A stretch of DNA of 64,000 nt from an uncultured Ignavibacteriales bacterium (GTDB lineage: Bacteria > Zixibacteria > MSB-5A5 > GN15 > FEB-12): assembly GCA_964540105.1 (NCBI GenBank), contig CAZILL010000001.1, positions 1,034,063 through 1,098,062 on the forward strand, written 5' to 3'. This document shows positions 26,115-36,689 of the stretch, piece by piece (position 1 is the first letter of the stretch; each line of letters starts with the position of its first letter). Position numbers and translations under genes: made by a program. The notes beneath the pieces were generated by a model. It made no database searches. It worked only from the letters and a program-made list of their open reading frames with translations, and was not told the DNA's origin.

Positions 26115-26848
26115 AGACAGCCATCATTGTCCAGGCACGGATGACTTCGAGCCGTCTCCCGGGCAAAGTCCTCAGGAGCGTCCTGGGCAAGCCGCTTCTG
26201 GAGTACCAAATCGAGCGTTTGCGCCGAGTGAAGGGCGCTCAGGCCCTGGTCGTCGCGACCACCACCAACGCCACCGACGATGTGATCTGTGAATTCTGCA
26301 CGCGACTCGATCTGCCTGTCTTCCGTGGCTCTGAGGAAGATGTTCTGGGACGTTACTATCAGGCCGCGGTGATAACGAACGCCGATCATATTGTCAGAGT
26401 GACGTCGGATTGCCCGCTGATTGATCCTGACGTCATCGACAAGGTCATTGCGCTCTACAATGCTGGCGAGAGATTCGATTACGTCAGCAACACTATCGAA
26501 CGGAGTTACCCCAGAGGGCTGGATGTTGAAGTGTTCTCAATGAAAGCACTTGGCGAGATGCATAGGGAGGCGAAGCGCGCGCATCAGAGGGAACATGTGA
26601 CGCCGTTTATTCAGGATCAGCAAGAGCGCTATCGCGTCGGGCAGGTGCATCATGAGCTCGACCTGAGCAGTCATCGTTGGACAGTCGACACAATCGAAGA
26701 CTTCGAGCTGATCAGGCTGATTCTCGAAGCGCTCTATCCTGTGACGCCACGCTTTGGGATGCAGGATGTTCTTGACCTCTGTGCGAAGCACCCGACCTGG
26801 ATCACGCTCAACCAGCACGTGCACCAGAAAGAGCTCTCCGGGCGCTGA
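26111..26848 (+). CDS. Cytidylyltransferase (SpsF/PseF-like), putative CMP-pseudaminic acid synthetase
   Basis: IIVQARMTSSRLPGKVL...GKPLL...VVATTTNATDDVI...FRGSEEDVLGRYY...RVTSDCPLIDP...DYVSN...PRGLDVEVF...EHVTPF matches the CTP_transf_3/SpsF pattern. Its start overlaps the pseC stop as ATGA. Confidence 0.65.
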   Translation: MKTAIIVQARMTSSRLPGKVLRSVLGKPLLEYQIERLRRVKGAQALVVATTTNATDDVICEFCTRLDLPVFRGSEEDVLGRYYQAAVITNADHIVRVTSDCPLIDPDVIDKVIALYNAGERFDYVSNTIERSYPRGLDVEVFSMKALGEMHREAKRAHQREHVTPFIQDQQERYRVGQVHHELDLSSHRWTVDTIEDFELIRLILEALYPVTPRFGMQDVLDLCAKHPTWITLNQHVHQKELSGR

Positions 26849-26881
26849 TGCCCTGAAGCTTCATGCCGTTTCATGAGGTGA

Positions 26882-28027
26882 ATGACCTTGCCCGACCGCA
26901 GCAAACGATCTCGTCCATCGGTTGTGTTCCGGGTTGATTCCTCCACGGAAATCGGCACCGGTCATGTTATGCGCTGCCTTACTCTGGCCGACCAGCTTCG
27001 TCGCGCCGGGCGCGAGTGCCTCTTCGTCTGCCGCGAGCTGCCGGGAAACCTGGGCCGTGTCATCAGGAAACAGGGGTTCGCTCTCAGTCTCCTAAAGGAC
27101 TCGGGGCAGGGCACGGAGTGTTCCGCCTCTATAGAGAATGAGTATGCTCGCTGGCTTGGCGTGAGCTGGTCAGATGATGCCGCCCAGGCCCTCCAGGCGA
27201 TAGTCTCGGCAGGATGCAGTTGCGAGCTGCTCGTTATCGATCACTACGGGATAGACTACCGATGGGAGGAGATCCTGCAGCCGGCTGTCGGTCGGCTGAT
27301 GGTGATTGATGATCTGGCCAATCGACGCCACACCTGCGATCTCCTTCTTGACCAGAATCTCCACAGGGACATGAAGGATCACTATCGCGGCCTGGTTCCT
27401 TCTGCCTGCCTGACTTTTCTTGGCCCAAGCTACGCCCTGCTCCGACCGCAGTTTGAAGTCGCATACCAGAGCCTGCCGCGCCGCGACGGTACCGTACGAC
27501 GGATGTTCATCTTCATGGGAGGCGCGGACCCTTCGAACGAGACCTCCAAGGCTCTCGACGCCATTGGAATTCTCAATCGACCTGAGATAGCCGTTGACGT
27601 GGTGGTCGGCGAGAGTAACCCCCATCGACACGACATAAACCAAATCGTGAGTGGCATGCGATCCACCACGTTCCACTGTCAGGTCGACAATATCGCTGAG
27701 CTCATGGCGAAGGCAGATCTGGCGATCGGAGCCGGGGGCACTTCCGCATGGGAGCGATGCTATCTAGGCCTGCCGTCGCTCATGATGGTTCTCGCCCAGA
27801 ATCAGGAAGAGCTTGCGCTGTCCATTGCAGAGGCAGGCGCCGGTTGGAATTTGGGATGGGCACATGCCGTAACTGCCGATCAGATCGTAAGGGCACTCGT
27901 CGACGTCATGAGTCGTCCGGACGAACTCCTATCTGTCGCTCAGAGAGCCGAGAGCCTCATGCATGGGGAATCAGATTGGCACACTCCGCATCTGTTGTCA
28001 GCGCTGCTGTCCGGCGCTTTAATATAG
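26882..28027 (+). CDS. pseG: UDP-2,4-diacetamido-2,4,6-trideoxy-beta-L-altropyranose hydrolase
   Basis: VVFRVDSSTEIGTGHVMRCLTLADQLRRAG is the PseG signature N-terminus. The layout is GT-B-like, and the gene follows pseC and the pseF-like gene. Confidence 0.8.
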   Translation: MTLPDRSKRSRPSVVFRVDSSTEIGTGHVMRCLTLADQLRRAGRECLFVCRELPGNLGRVIRKQGFALSLLKDSGQGTECSASIENEYARWLGVSWSDDAAQALQAIVSAGCSCELLVIDHYGIDYRWEEILQPAVGRLMVIDDLANRRHTCDLLLDQNLHRDMKDHYRGLVPSACLTFLGPSYALLRPQFEVAYQSLPRRDGTVRRMFIFMGGADPSNETSKALDAIGILNRPEIAVDVVVGESNPHRHDINQIVSGMRSTTFHCQVDNIAELMAKADLAIGAGGTSAWERCYLGLPSLMMVLAQNQEELALSIAEAGAGWNLGWAHAVTADQIVRALVDVMSRPDELLSVAQRAESLMHGESDWHTPHLLSALLSGALI

Positions 28028-28049
28028 GGGAGAGATCAGGTGATCGGAT

Positions 28050-29243
28050 CTACTTCTGGGAAGTGTCGGCTGCAGTTAGCCGTAATTTTCGCACCGCACG
28101 CATTCGATCAATCATTCTCCAGCCGCGAGGAAACGAGCTCCTTACGGTATCGCGAAGGGATTCAAAATCAGCACGATTTCCCCCCGAGGTCCCCTGTCGG
28201 GCGATGTCGGACCCAATGATGACCAACGCGACTACAAAGAATGCCAGAACGCCAGACAGGATGATCACCTGCCTTCTAAATGGGCCGGACTTGATGGTCG
28301 GCAGCGATGGGGTGTCGAGAATCCGTACGATCGGAACATCCTTCTGCGCGTCCAGTTTTGCTGATTCGTACTGGTGACAAAGCGTTGTGTATGTGTTTGA
28401 CTTAATTTCTACATCGCGCTGAAGGCGGCTCAGCTCCTTAAGAATCTCAGGGCTGGAAGTGTTATTCCAGTCCATGTTCTGGTTCTGGAACTGTTCCAGC
28501 TGGTCTTCGGCGCCGCGAAGTTCCAGACCCACAAGTTCCATCTGGTGGGAAAGGAATTGGGCGTTGTTCTTTGCCGACGAACGTCGTTTGTTAAGATTGT
28601 AGTCTTCGAGCTGTGTCAGGTACTCGGCCACGATCAGCTGCGAAAGCTGCGGGTGGGAAGTCTCCACGCCGACGCTGATTTCTCCGGTTCTCTTGTCGGA
28701 TTCAATGCTCGTCTGATCACGGAGGTTCCTGCGGAGGAGATCAGGGTTCTCTTCATCGAAATACTGGCCCAGCGTCTGAGAATTTCGCCGCTCACCATCA
28801 GAGAATTCATAGGTCTTCTCCAGAACGGCGTTGACGATGAGATTGGACTTGAGGATGACCGGAAACAGGGCCGAGGAATTCTCGTCGGACAACGCCAGAG
28901 GGTCGGCCAGCCCGACCAAGCTCTTCACGGAGTTCAAACCGTCGTTCATCGATTTCCCCGATGGCAATATGCTCGCCTTCGACGTATACATGTTCGGTTT
29001 CAGGAACATGTAACCTGCCGTGACTACCATCACGGCGCTAACGACGCTAACGATTAGCCGTCTCCTGTGAACCAGAAGCCGGGCAAGTTCGAACAAGTTT
29101 ATGTCGAACTTGAAAGAGGACGAATCTTGTTCGATATTCCGGTCTTCCTGTTCTATTCCGGATGGAATGTGTTCTCTTTTTGCCGTCTGGTCCAATCTCA
29201 GTGTGTCTTTCAATATGACGCGTCCTTGCATGCCCTTCTCCAA
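28050..29243 (-). CDS. Polysaccharide chain-length determinant (Wzz/PCP family, no kinase domain)
   Basis: The Wzz N-terminal block is LFELARLLVHRRRLIVSVVSAVMVVTAGYMFLKPNMYTSKASIL. A long coiled-coil periplasmic region and a second TM segment near the C-terminus (VIILSGVLAFFVVALVIIG) follow. Confidence 0.7.
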   Translation of the reverse strand: MEKGMQGRVILKDTLRLDQTAKREHIPSGIEQEDRNIEQDSSSFKFDINLFELARLLVHRRRLIVSVVSAVMVVTAGYMFLKPNMYTSKASILPSGKSMNDGLNSVKSLVGLADPLALSDENSSALFPVILKSNLIVNAVLEKTYEFSDGERRNSQTLGQYFDEENPDLLRRNLRDQTSIESDKRTGEISVGVETSHPQLSQLIVAEYLTQLEDYNLNKRRSSAKNNAQFLSHQMELVGLELRGAEDQLEQFQNQNMDWNNTSSPEILKELSRLQRDVEIKSNTYTTLCHQYESAKLDAQKDVPIVRILDTPSLPTIKSGPFRRQVIILSGVLAFFVVALVIIGSDIARQGTSGGNRADFESLRDTVRSSFPRGWRMIDRMRAVRKLRLTAADTSQK

Positions 29244-29501
29244 TTCAATGATGTATTATATCAAATAGCATGCCGCGAGATCAACCAAAACATTGAAGTG
29301 AAGTCATTGTATAGCAATGAATTAACGATGATCGACTCGGGCGGTCGAGTAGAATCTCAGGAAACTCCGGAAAACAGGAAAGACTTTCTCCAAGGTCATG
29401 GATAATTCTTCAAATCATCCACCTCAACGAAATATACAAAAGAGGTGTTATTGGTGTAAACTGGTCGTGCCAATGTGGCGCGCTGAAGGCTGCCATGCCT
29501 T

Positions 29502-30668
29502 TCATCCTGCGTTGGGTGAAAGGGCTTCGGGGTAAGAGGCAAGTGAGCTCGTTACGAATTCCGTCAGTTCGTTTCGGAACCGATCCTGAGAGAAGCGTAG
29601 CGCGTTTTTCCGAATCTCGATTGGGTCAAAGTGATCTTGCATCTGCTCGAATTTGCGAACGGCATCGACGATCTCAGCGGTCTGCTGTTGCTCAAAAAGG
29701 AGGCCTGTCTTGCCGTTGATAATGGTCTCGAGCGCTGCGCCTTTGCCGTAGGCGATAACTGGTGTGCCGCAGGCCTGTGCTTCGATAAGGACAATCCCAA
29801 AGTCCTCTTCTGCGGCGAACAGGAATCCTCTGGTGCGCTGAAGGTGATCTTTCACCACTTCGAAAGGCTGGTAGCCGAGTAGAGTAACATTCGCTCCGGC
29901 CTTCGAACGTATTTTCGCGAAATCCGGGCCGTCGCCGATTACTATCAGCTTCTTATCCGGCATCAGCTGAAACGATTCAACAATCAGATCGATTCTCTTG
30001 TAAGGGACCATGCGGGAAACCGTCAGATAGAAATCTTCCTTCTTCTGACAGAGATCGTACGCGTTCACATCCACGGGTGGATAAATAACGCTCGATTTTC
30101 GACGGTAGGTTTTCAGGATTCTTCGGGCTATGTAGTGCGAGATCGCAATGAACTCGTCAACACGGTTGGCCGAAATCACATCCCAGCTGCGCATACGATG
30201 GAGCATCCGTTGGGCGAGAACCCCCCGCGGACCATCGGAGAGACCGGACTCACGCAGGTACTGATGGGTCAAATCCCAGGCATAGCGCATCGGTGAATAG
30301 CACATGCAAATGTGAAGCTGGTCGGGTCCGGTGATAACGCCCTTAGCGACGGCGTGCGAACTGGAGATGACCAGTTCATAACTCGAAAGATCGAAGCGTT
30401 CTATCGCGAACGGCATTACGGGGAGGTAGTTCCGATACTTGCTCCGTGCCATCGGAAGCCGCTGTACAAAGCTGGTCGTCACCGATCTGCCGCGCAGGTG
30501 TTTTCTGTCCTGATCTGGAAGAAAGTCCACTATCGAAAAGAGATCGGCGTTCGGAAACAGAATCAGCATCTGCTCGAGGACCCGTTCGGCTCCTCCGTAC
30601 GTAACCAGCCAGTCGTGTACGATGGCGACTCGAAGCCCGCTCAGCATGTCTGGGGCAGGCGAATTCAC
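29502..30668 (-). CDS. Glycosyltransferase family 4
   Basis: The N-terminus VAIVHDWLVTYGGAERV and the C-terminal EX7E-type block FLFAAEEDFGIVLIEAQACGTPVIAYGKGAALETI are both present. Confidence 0.8.
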   Translation of the reverse strand: MNSPAPDMLSGLRVAIVHDWLVTYGGAERVLEQMLILFPNADLFSIVDFLPDQDRKHLRGRSVTTSFVQRLPMARSKYRNYLPVMPFAIERFDLSSYELVISSSHAVAKGVITGPDQLHICMCYSPMRYAWDLTHQYLRESGLSDGPRGVLAQRMLHRMRSWDVISANRVDEFIAISHYIARRILKTYRRKSSVIYPPVDVNAYDLCQKKEDFYLTVSRMVPYKRIDLIVESFQLMPDKKLIVIGDGPDFAKIRSKAGANVTLLGYQPFEVVKDHLQRTRGFLFAAEEDFGIVLIEAQACGTPVIAYGKGAALETIINGKTGLLFEQQQTAEIVDAVRKFEQMQDHFDPIEIRKNALRFSQDRFRNELTEFVTSSLASYPEALSPNAG

Positions 30669-31951
30669 CGTCGCACCAGGCTCTCTCTTGCCGGTTGCGA
30701 TTTCACAGCGTTCGAAGGGGTGTGCGAGGCATTTCCCATGACACTCGAATAAACTTCTTCAAGAAGTTGCAAGTGTTTGTCCATCGTCGGAGGATCTGCC
30801 CAGAATTTGTCGTACGCAGCTTGTCCCATGTGCGTCGCTGTTTCCTTGTCTTTCAGTTTCCGCATCTTGTCGGCCAGGTCATCGCTGTTTCCTGTCTCGA
30901 ACCAAAGGCCAGTCAATCCGTCGATGACGCTGTCACGCGCTGCGCAGTTATCCGGCACAATCGCCGGAATTCCCAGAGCCGCCGCCTCAAGGACAACCAT
31001 CCCCTGGGTTTCATACCAGAGCGAAGGGAGGACCAGCGCCCGGGCTTGTTTCATTTGAGCTCTGACATCGTCATCCGACAGCCACCCAGTCACAACGATC
31101 TCAGGGAAACGCGACTCCAGACTCCGCCGGCCTTCTCCATCTCCGACGACCACAGGCGCTGTTCCATTCTTACGGCCAGCCTGAGCGAACAAATCGAGTC
31201 CTTTTTCAGGCGAAACGCGACCGACCGCAACGAACCGGTGGTTCTCTCCGCAGCTGGCCGGAGACTCCTGCAATCCGGGTACCGGATTCGGGATGTCATA
31301 GGTGGCTGCACCATAGGGAAGGTATGGTCCGAGAATGTTCCGACTGAACCGAGAGATCGTGATGAAGTGGCTGATCCCTGAAGGGACTCTGCCCCATGTT
31401 CTTTGAATTCCCTGGCGCCCAACACGCCAAACCTTGTGAAGATATCCATTCTTGTCGCAGTTTGTGGCAAGGCAAGCGGAAGACATCGCACGCAGGGCAC
31501 AGATGTTGTTGGTTCGATAGTTGAAGAATCCACCGTTCGGACAGGCGATGAAGTAGTCATGCAATGTGCAGACTATAGGGAACCGCCGTTTGACGGCCTC
31601 ATATATGACACTCGTTGACAGGCTTTTGGTCCACGCGTGCACGTGGATGATGGTGCATGAGGGGTCACAGGAATCCAGAAGCTGGGCAATTCGACGCCCG
31701 GCAGTCGCGTTCCAGAGTCCCTGTCGAGCGGCTCGAAACCGATTGGGATCAGCACGTATCTCCTGTTGATCAGTGCAGATCAGCTTGATCTTCATGCCGC
31801 TCAGCTCGGCCATTACCGGTGCGACTGCAGAGAAGAGCGTCACGTCATGTCCTCGACGCGCAAGACCGAGTGCCGAAAGCAACGCAACTTTGCCCGCACC
31901 GCCGTTGATGTGCGCGAAGTCGTTTATGATTATGAGATTGTAAGCTCCCAT
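30665..31951 (-). CDS. Glycosyltransferase family 4
   Basis: The N-terminus INDFAHINGGAGKVALLSALGLARRGHDV and the C-terminal block LVLPSLWYETQGMVVLEAAALGIPAIV are both present. It overlaps the downstream GT by 4 nt. Confidence 0.75.
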   Translation of the reverse strand: MGAYNLIIINDFAHINGGAGKVALLSALGLARRGHDVTLFSAVAPVMAELSGMKIKLICTDQQEIRADPNRFRAARQGLWNATAGRRIAQLLDSCDPSCTIIHVHAWTKSLSTSVIYEAVKRRFPIVCTLHDYFIACPNGGFFNYRTNNICALRAMSSACLATNCDKNGYLHKVWRVGRQGIQRTWGRVPSGISHFITISRFSRNILGPYLPYGAATYDIPNPVPGLQESPASCGENHRFVAVGRVSPEKGLDLFAQAGRKNGTAPVVVGDGEGRRSLESRFPEIVVTGWLSDDDVRAQMKQARALVLPSLWYETQGMVVLEAAALGIPAIVPDNCAARDSVIDGLTGLWFETGNSDDLADKMRKLKDKETATHMGQAAYDKFWADPPTMDKHLQLLEEVYSSVMGNASHTPSNAVKSQPARESLVRR

Positions 31952-31960
31952 CAGAGTGGC

Positions 31961-32503
31961 TCAGGCCTCATAGACAGAGGGCGCGAGTCTCTTCTCCCCA
32001 TCGGCCACCTTGATCACTCTGGCCGGATTGCCGACGACGGTCGCGTATGCCGGAACATTGCTGATGACCACGCTTCCCGCGCCGATCCTGGCGTAATCAC
32101 CGACCTGAATGCCCCCAAGGATGACGCTATTGGCCCCGACTTCGACATTGTCTCCGATTACCGGACTCGGTCCCTGTGAGCCATCAGCGAGTTTAACACA
32201 GCCGATCGTCGTGCAGTGACGCACGTGAACGTTGCGCCCGATAACAGTGCGATCGTTGATGACCAGGGCATAGCCGTGCTCGATCTTCAGTCCAGCCCCG
32301 ACGCTGGTCGAAGCGCGCAGTTCCACGCACAGGATGTACTCGACCATCACACGGTAGGCAATCATGAATGGAATGCCGAGCCACCACAGGATCGAACCGC
32401 GTCGCCGGGCGAACAGATTGACGAAGCGGAAGAACACGAGAATGAGTATGATCTTGACCTGCCCCCTGTTGTTGACGTAATCCTGAAACAGATATCGAAT
32501 CAT
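31961..32503 (-). CDS. Hexapeptide-repeat O-acetyltransferase (serine acetyltransferase-like)
   Basis: The left-handed beta-helix repeats read VGAGLKIEHGYALVINDRTVIGRNVHVRHCTTIG...PVIGDNVEVGANSVILGGIQVGDYARIGAGSVV. Confidence 0.75.
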   Translation of the reverse strand: MIRYLFQDYVNNRGQVKIILILVFFRFVNLFARRRGSILWWLGIPFMIAYRVMVEYILCVELRASTSVGAGLKIEHGYALVINDRTVIGRNVHVRHCTTIGCVKLADGSQGPSPVIGDNVEVGANSVILGGIQVGDYARIGAGSVVISNVPAYATVVGNPARVIKVADGEKRLAPSVYEA

Positions 32504-33801
32504 GTCGACACTATGCCTCTTCGCGCTCCGAAGCTTCCCATCTCGAGCGTCAGCAATATGAGAATCTTCACAATCATGCCAAAAGTAAAAAACACTTCGA
32601 AGTTGCCGGTGAACAGGACGGTGGTGAACGGCATCAGGATGACCATGGCGATAATCGAGCGAAACGCGTGATTATAGACGACGGAGTAGTAGAGATAGTA
32701 GAGCATAAGGAAGTAGACCGCGCCGACCAGAAATTGCAGGATCGCTGTGATCCAGAACGGGAACATGGCGATGAGGATGGCGGGATAGGCCATCGTGTAA
32801 AGATATCCCCTCGCAATGATGGTCGATGCCACCTGCGGACCGAGAATCTTGATCATGAGATACTTCATTCCGACCTCCTCAGCGGGGACAGCGCCGCGAT
32901 GTAAGAGGTTGGTCAATTCGACCTCGCTATGATCATCATCGTACCGTCCCCGTGATGCGATATCGTTGTCGACGGCCCACCAAATCTCCCCCTGGAAAGT
33001 CAGGGTGCGATTGAGAAGATAGTTGTACGCTATGCTCGTATTACCGATGACGACGGAATAGGTCGTGAGGGCGAAGGCTCCGACCACGACCGCGGCCGCA
33101 CCGACGAGCAGGGCGTGTCGCATTCTGAACAATCGTAGGTCCGGATGTTGATAGTGATACCGGATATAGACGGCGACATAGTAATGCACAAAAACGCTCA
33201 CAAGCATCGAGAACTTGTTTCCGATCATCACCGCATAGGCGAGGAAGACGAACAGGATGATGCCGTTGACCGATATCCGACCTGCTTTCCTGCGGAAATA
33301 CCCCAAGGCGAAGGCGATGAGATTTCCGTAGATCAGCAGCGCGCGCTGCATCGGATCGGCGGCCTGAAAAAATTCATACTTTCCGAAGCCCGATAGCACT
33401 GGAATCCCCTCGACCGTAAAGACGTAGGCGATATAGATAACCACCAGCCCGATCGCGGCGTATGCCGACGCCTTCAGATTTCCGAGCTGAAGGGATCCGG
33501 GGGAGACGGTAAAGTCGACTCGGGAGAGCGGCACCTTGTCGAGCAGCGCGGCCACAGCAAGAAATCCGGTGTTGAAGACAATGTACAAGAACGCCAACTT
33601 CGACGTCGCGAGAGTTGGGAAAGTAAACCGGAGCAGTTCGACGTTGTAAGTACCCAGATCGTTATAGAAACAGGAGACCAGCGCCCAAGCCTGGGAAAAG
33701 AAGAGATAGCCGAAGAGAATGAAATGCTTCTTGTGGCGTCGCAACGCATAGAGACTGAGACTCACATACGCGACGATCGACAAGGCGTTAAGAAGAATCA
33801 C
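32500..33801 (-). CDS. Polytopic membrane protein, putative O-antigen/repeat-unit polymerase (Wzy-like)
   Basis: It is 433 aa with at least 10 hydrophobic segments and one larger loop. It is embedded among glycosyltransferase, acetyltransferase, Wzz and Wzx genes. I saw no diagnostic motif, so the call is contextual. Confidence 0.45.
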   Translation of the reverse strand: MILLNALSIVAYVSLSLYALRRHKKHFILFGYLFFSQAWALVSCFYNDLGTYNVELLRFTFPTLATSKLAFLYIVFNTGFLAVAALLDKVPLSRVDFTVSPGSLQLGNLKASAYAAIGLVVIYIAYVFTVEGIPVLSGFGKYEFFQAADPMQRALLIYGNLIAFALGYFRRKAGRISVNGIILFVFLAYAVMIGNKFSMLVSVFVHYYVAVYIRYHYQHPDLRLFRMRHALLVGAAAVVVGAFALTTYSVVIGNTSIAYNYLLNRTLTFQGEIWWAVDNDIASRGRYDDDHSEVELTNLLHRGAVPAEEVGMKYLMIKILGPQVASTIIARGYLYTMAYPAILIAMFPFWITAILQFLVGAVYFLMLYYLYYSVVYNHAFRSIIAMVILMPFTTVLFTGNFEVFFTFGMIVKILILLTLEMGSFGARRGIVST

Positions 33802-35191
33802 GCGACACCACGCTTAGAAAGGCGTTCTGCAGTTTGACTACATTCTCTTGAGAGAGCACACTGGGGAAGAGAAGGGGATCGGACCAGAACGCGTCGTGGG
33901 AGTTTGCCATCAGGCGTTCCATAAACCTGCAGTCGGCGTCATAATCGCGATGAAAGCGTCGCAGGAGGTCATGGGTCAATTCGCGGAGTTTGGTCATATC
34001 GCTGCAATAGTGAATGGAAGAGAAACCGTTGAAAAACATCTTGCAGAATACGATGGCCGGTTTGCCGAGCATCCCCGCCTCAAGTGCAGCGGTACCGGAT
34101 ATTGTGAATACGATCGCAGAACGCTTGAGTATCTCCATGCTGGAGACGCTGTGGTGAATCAGCTTTACATTCGGTATTCGGCGCATTTCGTGGAAGAGTG
34201 AGAGCTTCTTGGTTCCGAGGAAATTGGGATGCTCCTTGACAATCAGTGTGACATCAAACGGCAGCGCCCGCCTGATGTCTTTCACGAGCTTCAATTGATC
34301 GCTGAAATAGGCTCCCAGAACGTCGATAGATGATTCCGGTTGCACATGGAGTGGGTAGTACGCGATGGCCCCGTTGACGTCATTCAGTCGATCGTAGCGA
34401 AACAGATGCCGCAGCGAAAAGCCGTTCACCAATCGTCTGGTCAGCAGGCTGATCCGTCCTGAAAGATCATGATGGGTCAGGTTTTGGCGGGTAAACATGG
34501 CCTTTCGGGTTACCCGATTGCTGATCGAATTCAACAGCTTCATCGGGCTCAAAACGCGCTGCTTGTTCAATTCCCCGAAGTAGAGGGGTGGGGGACTGTC
34601 TACAGCGAACCTCTCAAGCAGCGTCTTTCCGTCCGCCGTTTCTCGACTCTCTGGACAGGGGATCGTCCTCTCCTGCCGATAGCTGTCAAAGAAGACAACC
34701 CGACGGGGAGGGTGCCGCATGTCGCTTGGTGAAATAAACGTGATCCCCAGGCGTCGACAGAGCAGATGGGCAACCATCTCGTTAGTGTTTGTTGGTTCCG
34801 CAAAGAGGTGAGTGATTCCGCGGCTCGAAAGGAACTCCTTCATGTGATAGTAATACAAGAAGGCATACTCATTGATATCCGGCTTGTTCTTCCTCATGAC
34901 AAACTGATCCATCATGAAGATCTGGTTGATGGTCAGATCACATTCATTCTCGCTGGCTACGATTTCCTCCATAAGGCGCTCTTTGAGCTTCGCGTCAAGA
35001 AAATCTCTCGTTGAAAACACGAGCTCAAGGATGACGGTGCGTGGCACTCCCTGTTTCACCAGCCATCCAGTCCAGAAGTTGTTCGTCGTGATCCAGAAGA
35101 CCTCGTGACCGGCGGCGGACAGGGCTGTCGAGATTTCGTACAATACCCGGGTCAGATCAAAAATTGAAACAATGGCAATCTTCCTGCCCAT
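33788..35191 (-). CDS. Capsule-synthesis (KpsS/TagF-like GT-B) family protein
   Basis: YYPLHVQPESSIDVLGAYFSDQLKLVKDIRRALPFDVTLIVKEHPN...TISGTAALEAGMLGKPAIVF matches the Capsule_synth-type HxQPE ... VKxHP ... GK pattern. Confidence 0.55.
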   Translation of the reverse strand: MGRKIAIVSIFDLTRVLYEISTALSAAGHEVFWITTNNFWTGWLVKQGVPRTVILELVFSTRDFLDAKLKERLMEEIVASENECDLTINQIFMMDQFVMRKNKPDINEYAFLYYYHMKEFLSSRGITHLFAEPTNTNEMVAHLLCRRLGITFISPSDMRHPPRRVVFFDSYRQERTIPCPESRETADGKTLLERFAVDSPPPLYFGELNKQRVLSPMKLLNSISNRVTRKAMFTRQNLTHHDLSGRISLLTRRLVNGFSLRHLFRYDRLNDVNGAIAYYPLHVQPESSIDVLGAYFSDQLKLVKDIRRALPFDVTLIVKEHPNFLGTKKLSLFHEMRRIPNVKLIHHSVSSMEILKRSAIVFTISGTAALEAGMLGKPAIVFCKMFFNGFSSIHYCSDMTKLRELTHDLLRRFHRDYDADCRFMERLMANSHDAFWSDPLLFPSVLSQENVVKLQNAFLSVVSRDSS

Positions 35192-35477
35192 CCTTCAGGC
35201 CTCCTTGCCTGAGTAAGGTCCATTCCGTCTCTTTCCCTTGTTTCTTCAACAGGAGCAGGAGACCGGTTTCTCGCGCTCTGGTTGCGTGCATGCGAGCGGA
35301 TTCAGACCGGTATGTAGCATAGGCTTCGCGTGCCACTGCCCGCAATTACAATTTTCCCTGTTGAATGTTGTTTTCGGTCGCGCCGAATCAAATGCTTGTT
35401 GACTTCGGAGGGAGAGGAATCTTGGTTACTCCCGTCAGGAGCCTCTGCAAGGCAATTCTGGAAGAGAGGTAGAATTT

Positions 35478-36689
35478 TTGGATAAGATAACGCTCAAAAA
35501 GGAAATTGCTCGCGACTCGATATCGCATGCTGCCAAGTCGATCGTCTATTGCGTTCGGTGCGTGATGCCAGAAACCAAACCCGATCTGCTCATCGATGAA
35601 GCGGGTGTCTGCAACGCCTGTCGCAGTTATGAGCGTCGCAAGCAGATCGACTGGCCGGCCCGAAAGACGGAACTACATGCGATTCTCGACCGCTTCCGGA
35701 GCAAGAACCACAGCAACTACGACTGCATCATTCCGGTCAGCGGCGGCAAGGATAGCACCTACCAGACGGTTAAGGTCCTGGAAATGGGAATGAACCCTCT
35801 GTGTGTGACTGCCACAACCTGCAAGCTGTCCGCAATCGGTCGGGCGAACATCGAGAATCTGAAGATGCGGGGCGTTGACTATGTCGAAGTGACCACCAAC
35901 CCGATCATCCGACGCCGAATAAATCGACTTGCCCTCAGACAGATCGGCGATATCTCCTGGCCGGAACACCTAACCATCTTCACGATTCCGGTTCGAGTCG
36001 CCGTGCAGATGAATATCCCACTCCTGGTCTGGGGTGAGAACTCACAGAATGAGTACGGCGGCCCGGCTGGCGACGTGGAAAACAACGTGCTGACCCGTCG
36101 CTGGCTTGAAGAATTCGGCGGTTTGCTGGGGCTTCGCGTAACCGATCTGATCGGGCAGGAAGAGATCGAGGCCAGGCATCTGATTAGCTACACGTATCCT
36201 TCTGACGAAGAGCTGAAGCGGATCGGTGTCACAGGAATATTCCTCGGGTACTATCTGCCCTGGGACGGCTACTCCAATGCGTTGTTTTCACAGGCTCACG
36301 GCATGGCGACCTATCACAAGACCATCGAAGGCTCGATGGTCAATTATGAAAATCTCGATAACCTGCATACCGGTATACACGACTACTTCAAGTTCCTCAA
36401 GTATGGCTTCGGACGGGCGACCGATTTCGCCTGCCTGCATCTTCGCCGTGGCCGACTCACGCGCGAGGACGCACTTCAATTGGTGAAGATGCACGACGGG
36501 AAGTTTCCCTGGACCTACCTTGGCACTCCGATTGATGAAATCCTTGACGATCTCGATGTGACAATTGACGAATTCATATCGATTTGCGATCGATTTACCA
36601 ACAAACGGTTGTTTGTCTGCGATTCTCGCGGGAATCTCCTGAAGGACCGCAACGGCAATCTGACCAAGATCAACTACGATAATATATGA
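35478..36689 (+). CDS. N-acetyl sugar amidotransferase (PP-loop ATPase; PseA/WbuX-like)
   Basis: The N-terminal Zn-ribbon is CVRCVMPETKPDLLIDEAGVCNAC. The PP-loop is IPVSGGKDSTYQ. A TTG start follows AGAGGT. The HisH/HisF-like pair lies immediately downstream. Confidence 0.85.
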   Translation: MDKITLKKEIARDSISHAAKSIVYCVRCVMPETKPDLLIDEAGVCNACRSYERRKQIDWPARKTELHAILDRFRSKNHSNYDCIIPVSGGKDSTYQTVKVLEMGMNPLCVTATTCKLSAIGRANIENLKMRGVDYVEVTTNPIIRRRINRLALRQIGDISWPEHLTIFTIPVRVAVQMNIPLLVWGENSQNEYGGPAGDVENNVLTRRWLEEFGGLLGLRVTDLIGQEEIEARHLISYTYPSDEELKRIGVTGIFLGYYLPWDGYSNALFSQAHGMATYHKTIEGSMVNYENLDNLHTGIHDYFKFLKYGFGRATDFACLHLRRGRLTREDALQLVKMHDGKFPWTYLGTPIDEILDDLDVTIDEFISICDRFTNKRLFVCDSRGNLLKDRNGNLTKINYDNI